Shown: in pieces, positions 40,072 through 49,771 of the stretch
Numbering within the stretch: the stretch's first letter is position 1
How the letters are laid out: each line of letters begins with the position of its first letter
Assembly: GCA_030615175.1 (NCBI GenBank)
Contig: JAUWZX010000001.1
Coordinates: forward strand, 652,044 to 716,043
Direction: 5' to 3'
Source of the DNA: Candidatus Parvarchaeota archaeon
GTDB taxonomy: Archaea; Nanobdellota; Nanobdellia; WJKC01
DNA: 64,000 nt
The notes under the pieces: model-generated
The model's database searches: none
Seen by the model: only the letters and a program-made list of their open reading frames with translations
What the model was told of the DNA's origin: nothing
Position numbers and translations under genes: made by a program

Positions 40072-42351
40072 ATGAAATTTGATTATATGATGAAGAACAA
40101 ACACTATCTTGGCATCTTTTTAATATCACTCGCAACCCTGATGCTTGAAGTCGGACTCGTAAAACTCTTTTCAATAATACAATTCTACTACTTTGCTTTC
40201 CTGATTGTAAGCGTAGCCATGTTCGGCACTGCAGCAGCAGGAACATTCCTCTACATAAAAAAATTAAAGAAACCACTACTAGCATCTGCAATACTATTCT
40301 CTATAACAACACTAATAGGATTCTTATTCCTAAATAACTACGCCTTTAGTCCAATAGAGGCATCAGTCAGTTACGTACATTGCACAGGACTAATTCTTTA
40401 CTACATCCTGCTCGGACTGCCATTCTTTTTCTCAGGAATCATAATAACACATATATTAATGGAGCACAAAGAAGAGTCAGGTAAAATATATTTCTGCAAC
40501 CTATCAGGCGCAGCATTCGGAAGCCTGGGGGTATTACCAATAATTTCCTTACTAGGAGAGAAAATAATATTCCTTGTTTTCATAACTGGCCTGCTAGCAA
40601 GCGCTTTATTCGCAGAGAAAACAAGAAAAGCATTAATAATGGTTCTAGCAAGTTCATTAATTCTCCTAGCCCCAATACAACTAAATCTTTCTCCATACAA
40701 AGAACTAGAACGAGCCCTTGATTACCCTGAATCAAACCATTTAAGCACTGAATGGAATTCTTACTCAAGAGTTGATGTTGTAAACAGTTCTTTTGCCAGG
40801 TACGCGCCAGGCTTAAGCTCAGAGTACAGGACGCGGCTCCCAAATCAGGTCGGGGTCTTCGTGGACGGCTCAAACATGAATCCAATAACAGAGTACAAGG
40901 ATTTAGGATTTATTGATTACCTGCCAACTTCAATTGGTTATAATCTAATAGAAAAACCGAGAACACTGATTATTAATGCAGGTGCAGGTCTTGATGTCTT
41001 AATAGCATTAGAGAAAAACGCGAATGTCACAGCCGTTGAATCAAATCCGCTCGTAATAGACTTGTTAAAGGAAGAGTACAAGGATTACTCAGGCAATATT
41101 TATAACAAAGCCGGCATCCATGTTGAGGAAGGCAGGGGTTTCATAAAGGGACGCGGAGAGTATGATATAATCATTCTCTCACTAGCCGGCAGCGTCTTAG
41201 GCTCAGGATTCTACGGCTTATCTGAAAATTACTTACTCACAGTTGAAGCATTCAGAGAGTATTACGACCACTTAAGCGATGAAGGCATCTTAATTATTAC
41301 AAGATGGCTTTATTACCCGCCAAAAGAATCCTTAAGACTGTTCTCCTTAGCCCTTGAAGTTAACGAATCAGCAAAGAATATAGGGTTATTCAGGACCTGG
41401 ACAACAGTCACATTATTATTAGGCAGGAAAGAGTTTAGTGAAAACAGGATAAAGAAGATAATGGATTTTGTTGAAAAAAACAAGTTCGACATAATATATC
41501 TGCCAGCAGAGTTTGAACCAAACAAGCATGGCGAGTTTGAAGAACCATATTATTATGAAAGCGTGAATAACCTGCTTGAAGACAGAGAAGGATTCTACAA
41601 CAACTACTTATTTGATGTCAGCCCGGTTTATGATGACAAACCATTCTACTTTAACTTCTTCAAATTAAACAAGGCAGGAGCGCTCTATGAAATAATCGGA
41701 GAGTCCTGGCAGCCGTTCATGGACCAAGGATTCCTGCTATTATTTCTGCTAGCCCAAGCAGCACTCTTAAGTTCAGCTTTCATCTTACTGCCCTTAAAAT
41801 TTTTAAAGAATACGAAGATTAAAAAGAAGCCTCTAGTATTCTTCTTCTGTATTGGCTTAGCTTACATGTTTGTTGAAATAGTTTTCATCCAGAAATTCAT
41901 ATTATTATTCGGCATGGTTATCTACTCTGTTTCAACAGTCATATTCTCCACACTATTATCCTCAAGTATTGGAAGCCTGTACTCACGGAAGCTTAAAGTA
42001 AAGGATACTTCTAAAATAATAATCATCATATCCACTTTAATTATCCTATACTACTTCTTGACGCCGGTAATAATTAATTCAATCATTAGTTTTAGCATGG
42101 CAGCAAAAATGATTATTGTATTCCTAATAATTGCCCTGCCTGCTTTTTTCATGGGCATGTTATTCCCTATCGCAATAAAGAGTATAAATAAGAATCTTGT
42201 TCCATGGGCGTTTGCTGTTAACGGCTCCGCCTCTGTCTTAAGCTCAGTGCTCGCCATCCTGCTTGCCTTATCCTATGGTTACTCAATAGTCCTGGTCTTA
42301 GCTGCAATCTCTTACCTATTCAGTTCATTATTCCTGAAAAGAAATGCATGA
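40072..42351 (+). CDS. Membrane-embedded spermidine synthase-like SAM-dependent transferase
   Basis: TM blocks flanking a soluble domain with WNSYSRVDV, LIINAGAGLDV, AVESNP, DDKPFYF. Confidence 0.85.
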   Translation: MKFDYMMKNKHYLGIFLISLATLMLEVGLVKLFSIIQFYYFAFLIVSVAMFGTAAAGTFLYIKKLKKPLLASAILFSITTLIGFLFLNNYAFSPIEASVSYVHCTGLILYYILLGLPFFFSGIIITHILMEHKEESGKIYFCNLSGAAFGSLGVLPIISLLGEKIIFLVFITGLLASALFAEKTRKALIMVLASSLILLAPIQLNLSPYKELERALDYPESNHLSTEWNSYSRVDVVNSSFARYAPGLSSEYRTRLPNQVGVFVDGSNMNPITEYKDLGFIDYLPTSIGYNLIEKPRTLIINAGAGLDVLIALEKNANVTAVESNPLVIDLLKEEYKDYSGNIYNKAGIHVEEGRGFIKGRGEYDIIILSLAGSVLGSGFYGLSENYLLTVEAFREYYDHLSDEGILIITRWLYYPPKESLRLFSLALEVNESAKNIGLFRTWTTVTLLLGRKEFSENRIKKIMDFVEKNKFDIIYLPAEFEPNKHGEFEEPYYYESVNNLLEDREGFYNNYLFDVSPVYDDKPFYFNFFKLNKAGALYEIIGESWQPFMDQGFLLLFLLAQAALLSSAFILLPLKFLKNTKIKKKPLVFFFCIGLAYMFVEIVFIQKFILLFGMVIYSVSTVIFSTLLSSSIGSLYSRKLKVKDTSKIIIIISTLIILYYFLTPVIINSIISFSMAAKMIIVFLIIALPAFFMGMLFPIAIKSINKNLVPWAFAVNGSASVLSSVLAILLALSYGYSIVLVLAAISYLFSSLFLKRNA

Positions 42352-42353
42352 AT

Positions 42354-43103
42354 TCACGTTTTTTGAGCTTCGCCTGTCATTGGCACGAATCGAACGCCAG
42401 TAATGACTTTTGTCTCCAAGTCATCCCCTTTCTTCGTGATTAAATTCAATGTTTGAAACCCGGTAATGCTTCCAAGAGGGATTATTAACCTGCCGCCATC
42501 CTTAAGTTGTTCACTGAGTGTGGGCGGCACGTGATTAGATGCTGCTGTAATAATTATCACGTCAAAAGGCGCTTCATCCTCCCATCCAAAGTAGCCGTCA
42601 GCATGCATTACTTCAACGTTATCATAGCCAAGGCGTTCCAGAGTTTCATTAGCCCTGCCTGCAAGAGCTTCAATAATCTCTATTGTGTAAACCCTGTCAA
42701 CGAGTTCAGCCAGGACTGCTGCCTGATAACCTGAGCCTGTGCCAATCTCTAGAACCTTGTATGAATCATTCACTTCCAGTGCCTGCGTCATTAACGCAAC
42801 GATGTAGGGCTGACTTATTGTCTGGCCATAACCAATCGGCACTGGACGGTCTTCATAAGCTTGCTCTATATAATCATTCATGAATTTATGTCTTGGCACT
42901 GCCTCCATGGCTTGAAGGACTCTTAAGTCATCAATATCCCTTGTCTTTAATTGCGTTTCAACCATTTGCTTTCTTAATTCAGAATACTCATCAAGCTCTC
43001 CTGTAATTGTATCAGTAATTTCTTCTGGACTTATTTGGGTCAGGACTAAGACAACGAGGAGTAAGGATGCGCATATAATGAAGACTTTTTTCTTGTTTTT
43101 CAC
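42354..43103 (-). CDS. pcm: Protein-L-isoaspartate O-methyltransferase with an N-terminal anchor
   Basis: VPRHKF, GQTISQPY, VLEIGTGSGYQAA, VRFVPMTG. Confidence 0.95.
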   Translation of the reverse strand: MKNKKKVFIICASLLLVVLVLTQISPEEITDTITGELDEYSELRKQMVETQLKTRDIDDLRVLQAMEAVPRHKFMNDYIEQAYEDRPVPIGYGQTISQPYIVALMTQALEVNDSYKVLEIGTGSGYQAAVLAELVDRVYTIEIIEALAGRANETLERLGYDNVEVMHADGYFGWEDEAPFDVIIITAASNHVPPTLSEQLKDGGRLIIPLGSITGFQTLNLITKKGDDLETKVITGVRFVPMTGEAQKT

Positions 43104-43234
43104 ACCAAGAATTAGAAGGTAGTTGTTAATAAAAATTTAGAATCCCTGCCAGCACCAGCATTAATCCATCCCGTGCCACCACAAGTAATGCCATATAGAA
43201 CGCCGAGTATAAAGACTAACAAGGATGTAAAGTT

Positions 43235-45700
43235 TTAAAGCAACTTCTTTAATGTATAAATCCCGAACGATTCAACACATAATTCATTAATGCTCTCACC
43301 GTTCTCCTCTAATAAGTCAGTCAGTAAGTAATCATTCACTTGAATGCTTTCAGGATGATTAGTTGGATTAAATAACCTGTAAATTAGGCTGTCATCAACT
43401 TCGGCTTTCTTCACAGCAGTGACTGCAAGCCTGCCAGGATTAAAGTCAAGAAAACTATAAGACTTTGGCAGTGAGCCATTACTGCCATTAATGTTAACAG
43501 CGAATAAAGGATTATTAAATTCCTCACCGCACCTGTAAGCATCACCAGTACAGAAAGCATAATCAAAAGATTGCAGTCCGCGCATCAAAGCTAAAGGAGT
43601 AGGAATAGAAGGACCCTGAAAGAATAAGGATTCGCTGACAACTCTGGACCCGCGCAGTAAACCAAGTTCAAGGCAGCCGTCACGCAGCACGTGCTCGACC
43701 ACTCCTTTATTAAGAATTGAGTAATCATCAAGACGGACATAATTTAGTGCAGGGAAAGCGCGTTCTCCGCTAGTCCTTAATTCGCCGTAAGGAATCTGCC
43801 TGTGAAAATGAGAATTCTTAAAACCATTGAATACGGCATTAACTTTAGAGATGCTGCCATCATGCTTAATCCATGTCTTGAAATCAATCCATGGCAGGCC
43901 ATGCAGCGATACTTCCTGAACTACCTCATCCCTGCCAAGAAAACCTCTGACAAGAAGTTTATCAAAAGAGTTGCCGTGAAGAACATTAAACTCAACACTG
44001 GATAAGCCGTTAATGCTGGCACCGCTCTTCTCATAAGAGTAACCGCCGCTGCGTACTAAATCATTAATAGATAAGTAACTGCGTAATCCTTTATTCAGGA
44101 TGAGAGTGCCGTTATCAGAAATCCCAACACTAAATAATTCATCCTGGATAAAATTAGTCCTGGACGTTGAAGCAGCAGGATTCGGAGTGCTGGAAGGAAT
44201 AATTCTTATAACATGATAACCAAGTGCTGGTACTGTAGGGGAAGTGAATTCAATAAAGTCATCATTAACAAAATCATAAGGCACTGCCATGCCATTTGAA
44301 TCAAGCAAGTTAAAAAAGCCATTAGAATTAACGCGCGTCCTGACAACGCCTCTGCGCGGCCATGATAACTGGTTAAACAGGATTAAAGCATTACCATTAC
44401 ATTCTACATTGTCACTGATGAAGGTGGAGGAATGATTAATAAGCGAGTCAAGGATGGATTCAGCTTTCTCAAACCTGTTCATGGCATCCAGGTAAACACT
44501 GTCAATACAGCACCCGCAGATAGTGTCATGAGAATGATTTAATAAGATTAAGTCAAGGGATGAATCAAGACTGTCACTGTCATATTCTTTGCCTATTGAT
44601 GAAGCCATGGATTCAAGAATTTCAGCAAGCCTGTACTTGCCTTCAACCTCGTTATTCATGATTTTGAAATCAGACCTGCATGAATAAACGCCTTCAAAAA
44701 CAGGATTAAAGTCGCCGCTTAAAACAGGCAAATCACTATCAGACACTTCCTTAAAGTAACCATTCAGGTCGCCGTGCCTGACAGCATAATCCTTGCGCTT
44801 GAAGAAATCCAAAATCATTTTAAGCCTTGGATGGGGTTCAGTGAAATCAGAGCCGAGAGGGATAAAGAGGTAATCATTTAGGCTAATATGTTTAAAGTGT
44901 TTGAGAGTCTTTTTTAAGTTAAGTTTTTCAAGGATGCCGGGAATGAATTTGAAGAATTTTAAACACTTATTCAGGATTTTCAATATGCCAGGATGCCCTG
45001 ATAAGTAATCATCAGGAAGCCTTTCAGGGAAGGGTATTCTGCCAATAGAGTAGCCGCTGGCAAGAAAGCTGGTAAGGATTTCATCACCATTCAAACCCTT
45101 CCAGTAGAATTCAGTTGGTGTGGACTTGACTTCACTGCCGGATTTATAATATTCAGGTATGCCTCTCCACGCCACGTAAGCATTAAAACCTGCTTTCTTA
45201 AGAATCTGGGGCAGGTTGTTAGAGTGCCCGAAGCTGTCAATATTCCAGCCCACTTTCACGTCCTTGCCAAACACCTTTCTTATCCTCTTCTTGCCAATAA
45301 GGACCTGCCTCACAAGGCTTTCACCGCAGGGCATGTTCAGGTCAGGCTGGACGCGCATGCCTCCGGTAAGAATGACGCGGTCATCCAGGACTAAGTCCTT
45401 TAATGATTCAAGCAGTGAGTTGCCGGGCTTAACGCTTTTATCATAATTAATGAATGCGTCAGTTAATAATTCAGAAAGGTTTCTGGAGTAAGAAAATCTG
45501 TCACCAGTGAATTCAGGACTGTTCAGGGCGTCAGCAACCACTAATGGCTGTCCAAGGATATAGCGCCTGTCATCATCACTGCGCAATGTAGTGATTACGT
45601 TGTTAATAATGCCTTTAATGTAGTCAGAGTAAACGCCTGCCCTCTTAATCCATTCCAAGTCAATATGACCATGTTCAAACAAGTAAATAACTGGCACCAT
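43235..45700 (-). CDS. Glycoside hydrolase family 38, paralog of 14500..16971
   Basis: HGHIDLEW, WNIDSFGHS, NHSHDTICG. Confidence 0.92.
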   Translation of the reverse strand: MVPVIYLFEHGHIDLEWIKRAGVYSDYIKGIINNVITTLRSDDDRRYILGQPLVVADALNSPEFTGDRFSYSRNLSELLTDAFINYDKSVKPGNSLLESLKDLVLDDRVILTGGMRVQPDLNMPCGESLVRQVLIGKKRIRKVFGKDVKVGWNIDSFGHSNNLPQILKKAGFNAYVAWRGIPEYYKSGSEVKSTPTEFYWKGLNGDEILTSFLASGYSIGRIPFPERLPDDYLSGHPGILKILNKCLKFFKFIPGILEKLNLKKTLKHFKHISLNDYLFIPLGSDFTEPHPRLKMILDFFKRKDYAVRHGDLNGYFKEVSDSDLPVLSGDFNPVFEGVYSCRSDFKIMNNEVEGKYRLAEILESMASSIGKEYDSDSLDSSLDLILLNHSHDTICGCCIDSVYLDAMNRFEKAESILDSLINHSSTFISDNVECNGNALILFNQLSWPRRGVVRTRVNSNGFFNLLDSNGMAVPYDFVNDDFIEFTSPTVPALGYHVIRIIPSSTPNPAASTSRTNFIQDELFSVGISDNGTLILNKGLRSYLSINDLVRSGGYSYEKSGASINGLSSVEFNVLHGNSFDKLLVRGFLGRDEVVQEVSLHGLPWIDFKTWIKHDGSISKVNAVFNGFKNSHFHRQIPYGELRTSGERAFPALNYVRLDDYSILNKGVVEHVLRDGCLELGLLRGSRVVSESLFFQGPSIPTPLALMRGLQSFDYAFCTGDAYRCGEEFNNPLFAVNINGSNGSLPKSYSFLDFNPGRLAVTAVKKAEVDDSLIYRLFNPTNHPESIQVNDYLLTDLLEENGESINELCVESFGIYTLKKLL

Positions 45701-45806
45701 AATGAAAATGATTTCATAAAATTTAAGGATATTGGCTTTAGTACTTAGAATAATATGCCAGGGGCGGGATTTTCAATCCTTTTTTAAATCTCTTACTTCT
45801 TATAGT

Positions 45807-46193
45807 ATGTTAAAGATGTTGACTTTTATTCTTGCAATAATAACGGCTATTCTTATAGGCGTCGCAGCCAGTTTGCAGAAGGCGGGATTAAATAAGCTTG
45901 GCAGGGTTAGATTCAGGGGCTTTAACAAGAAGTCTATTAAAGGGTTAGCTAAGCAGTTATTAAAAGCGCGTTTATGGATTTTCGGGTTATTGATTTCAAT
46001 TATTCCTGGATTGCTTTACATGTGGTTATTATCAGTTGAGGATGTGTCAGTGATTAATCCATTAATTAGTTTATCACTTGTAGTAATCCTGTTTAACGGC
46101 TATTTCTTCTTAAAGGAGAGGTTAAATATTAAGCAGTTAATCGGCGCTGTTGGCTTAATAATCGGTGCCGTATTAATGGGGTTGGCTGCATGA
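45807..46193 (+). CDS. EamA/DMT-like small membrane protein
   Basis: DVSVINPL, FFLKERL; 4 TM helices. Confidence 0.8.
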   Translation: MLKMLTFILAIITAILIGVAASLQKAGLNKLGRVRFRGFNKKSIKGLAKQLLKARLWIFGLLISIIPGLLYMWLLSVEDVSVINPLISLSLVVILFNGYFFLKERLNIKQLIGAVGLIIGAVLMGLAA

Positions 46194-46501
46194 AGGGAGT
46201 TCACTTAGGGATAATAGCGAGTATACTAATCTCAATGAGTACTGTATTAATGAAGATTGCTTTAAGCGGCGGATTCTCAATATTCCCTTTCCTGCTCGCC
46301 GGCGTTTGCGGTTTCTCAGGCATGGTATTACTGCAGGTTGCCTTGAAAAAGGAGAAGTCTGTTATAATAATGCCGTTAGCCTCTAGCCTGGCAGTCCTGA
46401 TTCCTTCATTGATTGGCATGGCTTTGCTGGGTGAAGCATTCAACACGTTAAAACTTGGTTCAATAATCTTAATAATTATTGGCGGCATCCTCGTTAGTTA
46501 A
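46190..46501 (+). CDS. EamA/DMT-like small membrane protein
   Basis: 4 TM helices, LLGEAF; ATGA overlap with the previous gene. Confidence 0.78.
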   Translation: MKGVHLGIIASILISMSTVLMKIALSGGFSIFPFLLAGVCGFSGMVLLQVALKKEKSVIIMPLASSLAVLIPSLIGMALLGEAFNTLKLGSIILIIIGGILVS

Positions 46502-46544
46502 AGCTGCCAGAAATTTTTTATACACAAGAAAATTACTTATTAGC

Positions 46545-46937
46545 GTGGTTGACTGGAATAAATTTGCAAAAAAGAGAAGGTTTTATGTTTACGCTCCAAT
46601 ATCAATTATTTTCGGCATTGCATCATTATATTATGCTTTTATTCTTTGGGATTGTAACATTATTGCTAGTGTTTTGTTAGGTGTTTGCGGCGCCCTTCCT
46701 TTAATAAAAGCAGTTATTTTAGTATTTATTTTTAAATCCAAGGTTGACTGGAATAAGCTTGCCAGGAAAGGGAGGATATTCACTCCGATACCAATTATTT
46801 TTGGCATCGCATTATTGTATTACGCTTTCACTGCATGGGATTGTAATAGTGTTGCTAGTGCTTTATTAGGGTTTTTCGGCATTCTTTACCCGTTAGGAGG
46901 ATTCTTAGTGCTTTTCACCAGCAGAAAAGTGAATTAG
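46545..46937 (+). CDS. Membrane protein made of two tandem ~65-aa repeats
   Basis: VDWNK..IIFGIA.LYYAF..WDCN occurs twice; GTG start inferred. Confidence 0.65.
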   Translation: MVDWNKFAKKRRFYVYAPISIIFGIASLYYAFILWDCNIIASVLLGVCGALPLIKAVILVFIFKSKVDWNKLARKGRIFTPIPIIFGIALLYYAFTAWDCNSVASALLGFFGILYPLGGFLVLFTSRKVN

Positions 46938-46938
46938 G

Positions 46939-47172
46939 CGCCAGGGGCAGGATTTTCAATCCTTTTTGGTGAAGCTTTTTTGACTTGCTTCGCATAAAAA
47001 GGTTCTTTGAACCTGCGAGTGCTTGCGCACATCTGGTCTCAGGCACAGTCCTTACCATTTCACTTTCCCGCTCCACTGGGTGGGGGGAGGTAATGCGCTA
47101 GGATGGGGGAGGGTACTCCTCCCCCGCCTGCGTCTCAAGCCAGACGCCTTAACCGGGCTGGGCTACCCTGGC
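46939..47172 (-). tRNA. tRNA-Ser(UGA) with two introns: 37/38 (47038-47133, 96 nt) and 59/60 in the T-loop (46953-47005, 53 nt)
   Basis: Acceptor GCCAGGG/CCCTGGC-G; anticodon arm TCTGG-CT-TGA-GA-CCAGA; long variable arm; GCAGG-TTCAAAT-CCTGC after splicing; BHB geometry at both introns. Confidence 0.9.
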
Positions 47173-47223
47173 ATTAATAATAAAAATATACATAATACTT
47201 TTTAAAGATTTACTAAACCGTCT

Positions 47224-47457
47224 TCACCTTAACTCTGGCGGAAGCATTATTGGAATCCCATCTTCAATAGGGTAAATTATCCCGCATTTCTTGCTCTTGC
47301 ATACTAGTTTACCATCCCATTTCTTTTCCTTAGAACTCTTCTTCTTGCCTCTTAAATCCACTAGTTTAACGTCAGCCTTGCATACAGGGCAGGCGAGAAT
47401 GTCAAGTAATGCCTTATCAACTAAAGGCTTCTTTTTCTTAACTGTTTTTTTAGGCAT
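47224..47457 (-). CDS. Trm112 family protein
   Basis: LLDILACPVCK..YPIEDGIPIMLP. Confidence 0.92.
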   Translation of the reverse strand: MPKKTVKKKKPLVDKALLDILACPVCKADVKLVDLRGKKKSSKEKKWDGKLVCKSKKCGIIYPIEDGIPIMLPPELR

Positions 47458-47483
47458 GAAGATTAAATATTATTGAATAGTAT

Positions 47484-48074
47484 TTAAAGTTTTTTACTAT
47501 AATAAACCCTGAATCCGCCGCTCCTGCATAATTCCTCCGCATTACCGTAAACTTCAAGCATTCGCTCCTTAAGCCGCTTACCGCCTTTATTGTGCCTGGC
47601 AACTAATTGCAATGAACCTCCTTTCTTTAAGTGATTAATTGATTCATTGATTAATTTATAATTAAATTTTAAGCCCCTGGCAATTGGCGGGTTAGTAATG
47701 ATTGAATCAAACAATCCTTCAATATTATTAAACAAATCACTTTTTATCACTCTTGCCTTAACATTATTCAACTTCACATTCTTCCTTGCAAGCATTAAAG
47801 CCCTCTCATTCACGTCGCTCATAATGACTTCACATCCTAATTTTGCAGTTATTATTCCTATTACTCCATAACCGCAGCCTAAGTCAAGGACTCTCATTCC
47901 ATGCTTCACTTTCAAGTGCTTGATTAATACTATAGTGGCCCTGTCAACGCGCTTGTAATTGAAAACTCCTGTCGCAGAGTATAATGAAACGTTAAATCCT
48001 AATAAATTAGTTGTTAACTTGAATAATTTAAGCCTTGAAGTAGGCTTTTCAGTGTAGTAATGCTCTGCCTTCAT
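47484..48074 (-). CDS. RsmC-like class I methyltransferase
   Basis: EHYY, GVF, VLDLGCGYG, TNPP. Confidence 0.92.
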   Translation of the reverse strand: MKAEHYYTEKPTSRLKLFKLTTNLLGFNVSLYSATGVFNYKRVDRATIVLIKHLKVKHGMRVLDLGCGYGVIGIITAKLGCEVIMSDVNERALMLARKNVKLNNVKARVIKSDLFNNIEGLFDSIITNPPIARGLKFNYKLINESINHLKKGGSLQLVARHNKGGKRLKERMLEVYGNAEELCRSGGFRVYYSKKL

Positions 48075-48532
48075 ATTTTCTCAATTGTCATGATTTTAAC
48101 ATTAAATATTATGTCTTGACCTACCAGTAGGTGGTTAAAGTCAACAAACACCAATTCATCTGAAATGTTAATAATTCTTCCATCCCCGCTGCTTGTTTTA
48201 ACCTCATCATTAAGTTCTGGTTCCGGATCCCTGAATATTTCCCTGTCAAAACCAATTATTTTTGATTCATCATACTCGCCGTAAGCAAGGCTTGGAGGCA
48301 CTGTGAATGTTTTCTCCTCGCCAAGCTTCATGCCAACAACTCCTACTTCAAGTCCTGGCAGGACACTGTGCTCGCCAACTATGAATGATATGGTTCCTGT
48401 ATCAAAAGTATGATTCTGCACTGTTACTGTGAATTCAATTAAAATCTTGTTACCGTTATTCACCACCATGCCGCCAGTAATGCATCCCATGAATAATGCA
48501 ATAGTTAATAATGAAACAACTTCTTTACGCAT
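48071..48532 (-). CDS. FKBP-type peptidyl-prolyl isomerase (SlyD-like) with an N-terminal signal
   Basis: LPGLEVGVVGM, VPPSLAYG, VDFNHLLVG. Confidence 0.9.
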   Translation of the reverse strand: MRKEVVSLLTIALFMGCITGGMVVNNGNKILIEFTVTVQNHTFDTGTISFIVGEHSVLPGLEVGVVGMKLGEEKTFTVPPSLAYGEYDESKIIGFDREIFRDPEPELNDEVKTSSGDGRIINISDELVFVDFNHLLVGQDIIFNVKIMTIEKI

Positions 48533-48615
48533 ACTCAGTTCTGAGATTTGAATTACTTAAAAAAGTTTTGTCTTGAGGAAAAGTTTATAATGTTAACCGC
48601 GGTTAATCCTCTTTC

Positions 48616-48843
48616 ATGAAGTCTAAAGTCATGAATGCAATTAATGAAATCAGGCCTTCATTGCAGGCTGATGGCGGTGACATAAAGTTAGTCAGTGTTA
48701 ATGAGAAGACCGGCATCGTTAAAGTTGAATTGCAGGGCGCTTGCAGGGGCTGCCCAATGGCTCAAGTAACTCTTAAGCAGGGAGTTGAAGCATTCCTGAA
48801 GAATAAAGTGCCTGAAGTTAAGAAAGTCGTTGCAGTGGATTAA
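48616..48843 (+). CDS. NifU C-terminal (Nfu) domain protein
   Basis: IRPSLQADGGD, LQGACRGCPM. Confidence 0.95.
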   Translation: MKSKVMNAINEIRPSLQADGGDIKLVSVNEKTGIVKVELQGACRGCPMAQVTLKQGVEAFLKNKVPEVKKVVAVD

Positions 48844-48851
48844 GACCTGTC

Positions 48852-49685
48852 TTATGAAAATATTAAGTTGCATGCAGTTTTTGTTTGCGCGTCAATAATT
48901 TTTTCGCAAAGAGTCTCGTCAAGCAGTTCTTCTGCTAAACGCTTATAACATTCATCCCTGTACAAGTAAATGTTTATTCTCTCGCAATGAGATTCATCCT
49001 TTGTTTCTACAGCAATTTCTGAATAACAGGTGTCACGGTAATCCCCTCTTATTTCCTCACAATAAGAGCTATTCAATAATTCGACAGCGAATTCAAAGTA
49101 ACATAAATCTTTTTTATCCATACTTACTATTATTTTCTCGCAAGTTGATTCACCGGTATGACGGCCTACTTTCTGATAGCAGTACTCCATTAAATTAGTG
49201 CTGTCAAGAAGCTCGCACCATGAATCATTTTTAAAGTATGATCCTGCTACTGCATAGCATTTCTCCTTGTTAACAGGCAGTAATTCGCAGATTAACGGGT
49301 CATTCTTCTTAAAAGCAATCATTCCATAGCAAAAACTCTTGGTTTCACTAACTATTATTAAATCGCAGTATGAGTAATTAACTGTTGCATTTGCCCTGTC
49401 CCAGTAATAAGTTTCATCATACTCATCCTCCTCCATTAACAGGAAGGGAGGCAGAAAGATTATTGCTATAATAATGACTCCTGCAAGTATTCCTGCTGGC
49501 AGTAATAAATTACTTATTTTCCTGGATTTAGTGCCTGAATTCTTAAAATATTCTTCAGGCTTCACTGATTCCTCTTTTGTTTCAGCAGGCTGCTCCTCTG
49601 CTAAGTATTCCTTACAATTAGAACAATAATGTTTCTCATAATCCTTTATAAAGAGTGCTTCTCGACCGCACTTAGGGCACTTCAT
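48852..49685 (-). CDS. Membrane protein with an N-terminal Zn ribbon and extracellular Cys-rich repeats
   Basis: CPKC..YCSNC, one TM helix, then about 7 CxxI..CY repeats. Confidence 0.8.
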   Translation of the reverse strand: MKCPKCGREALFIKDYEKHYCSNCKEYLAEEQPAETKEESVKPEEYFKNSGTKSRKISNLLLPAGILAGVIIIAIIFLPPFLLMEEDEYDETYYWDRANATVNYSYCDLIIVSETKSFCYGMIAFKKNDPLICELLPVNKEKCYAVAGSYFKNDSWCELLDSTNLMEYCYQKVGRHTGESTCEKIIVSMDKKDLCYFEFAVELLNSSYCEEIRGDYRDTCYSEIAVETKDESHCERINIYLYRDECYKRLAEELLDETLCEKIIDAQTKTACNLIFS

Positions 49686-49771
49686 TATTTTTTTATTTAA
49701 TCATCATAGTTATTTAAATATTTCATGAGAACAGTAATATTTAATATCTTAAAAAGCATTATCACAATGCA

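Larger units (their letters stand above)
45757..46967. mobile_element. Integrase-less mini-island at the tRNA-Ser 3' end, bounded by a 28-bp direct repeat
   Basis: GCCAGGGGCGGGATTTTCAATCCTTTTT (45757-45784) vs GCCAGGGGCAGGATTTTCAATCCTTTTT (46940-46967), 27/28 identical. Confidence 0.75.

Noticed and set aside
16420..46937. Diversity-generating retroelement TR/VR pairs (GH38 shared block, 46545 duplication)
   Set aside because: There is no reverse transcriptase in the window, both copies lie in coding paralogs, and the differences do not appear confined to adenines.
46939..47172. tRNA-Sec or a stop-codon suppressor
   Set aside because: The anticodon reads UGA 5'-3' and decodes UCA (Ser). Conserved genes show no in-frame stops that would imply recoding.
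47023..47205. 60-aa GC-rich ORF
   Set aside because: It is antisense to the tRNA-Ser gene and its intron.
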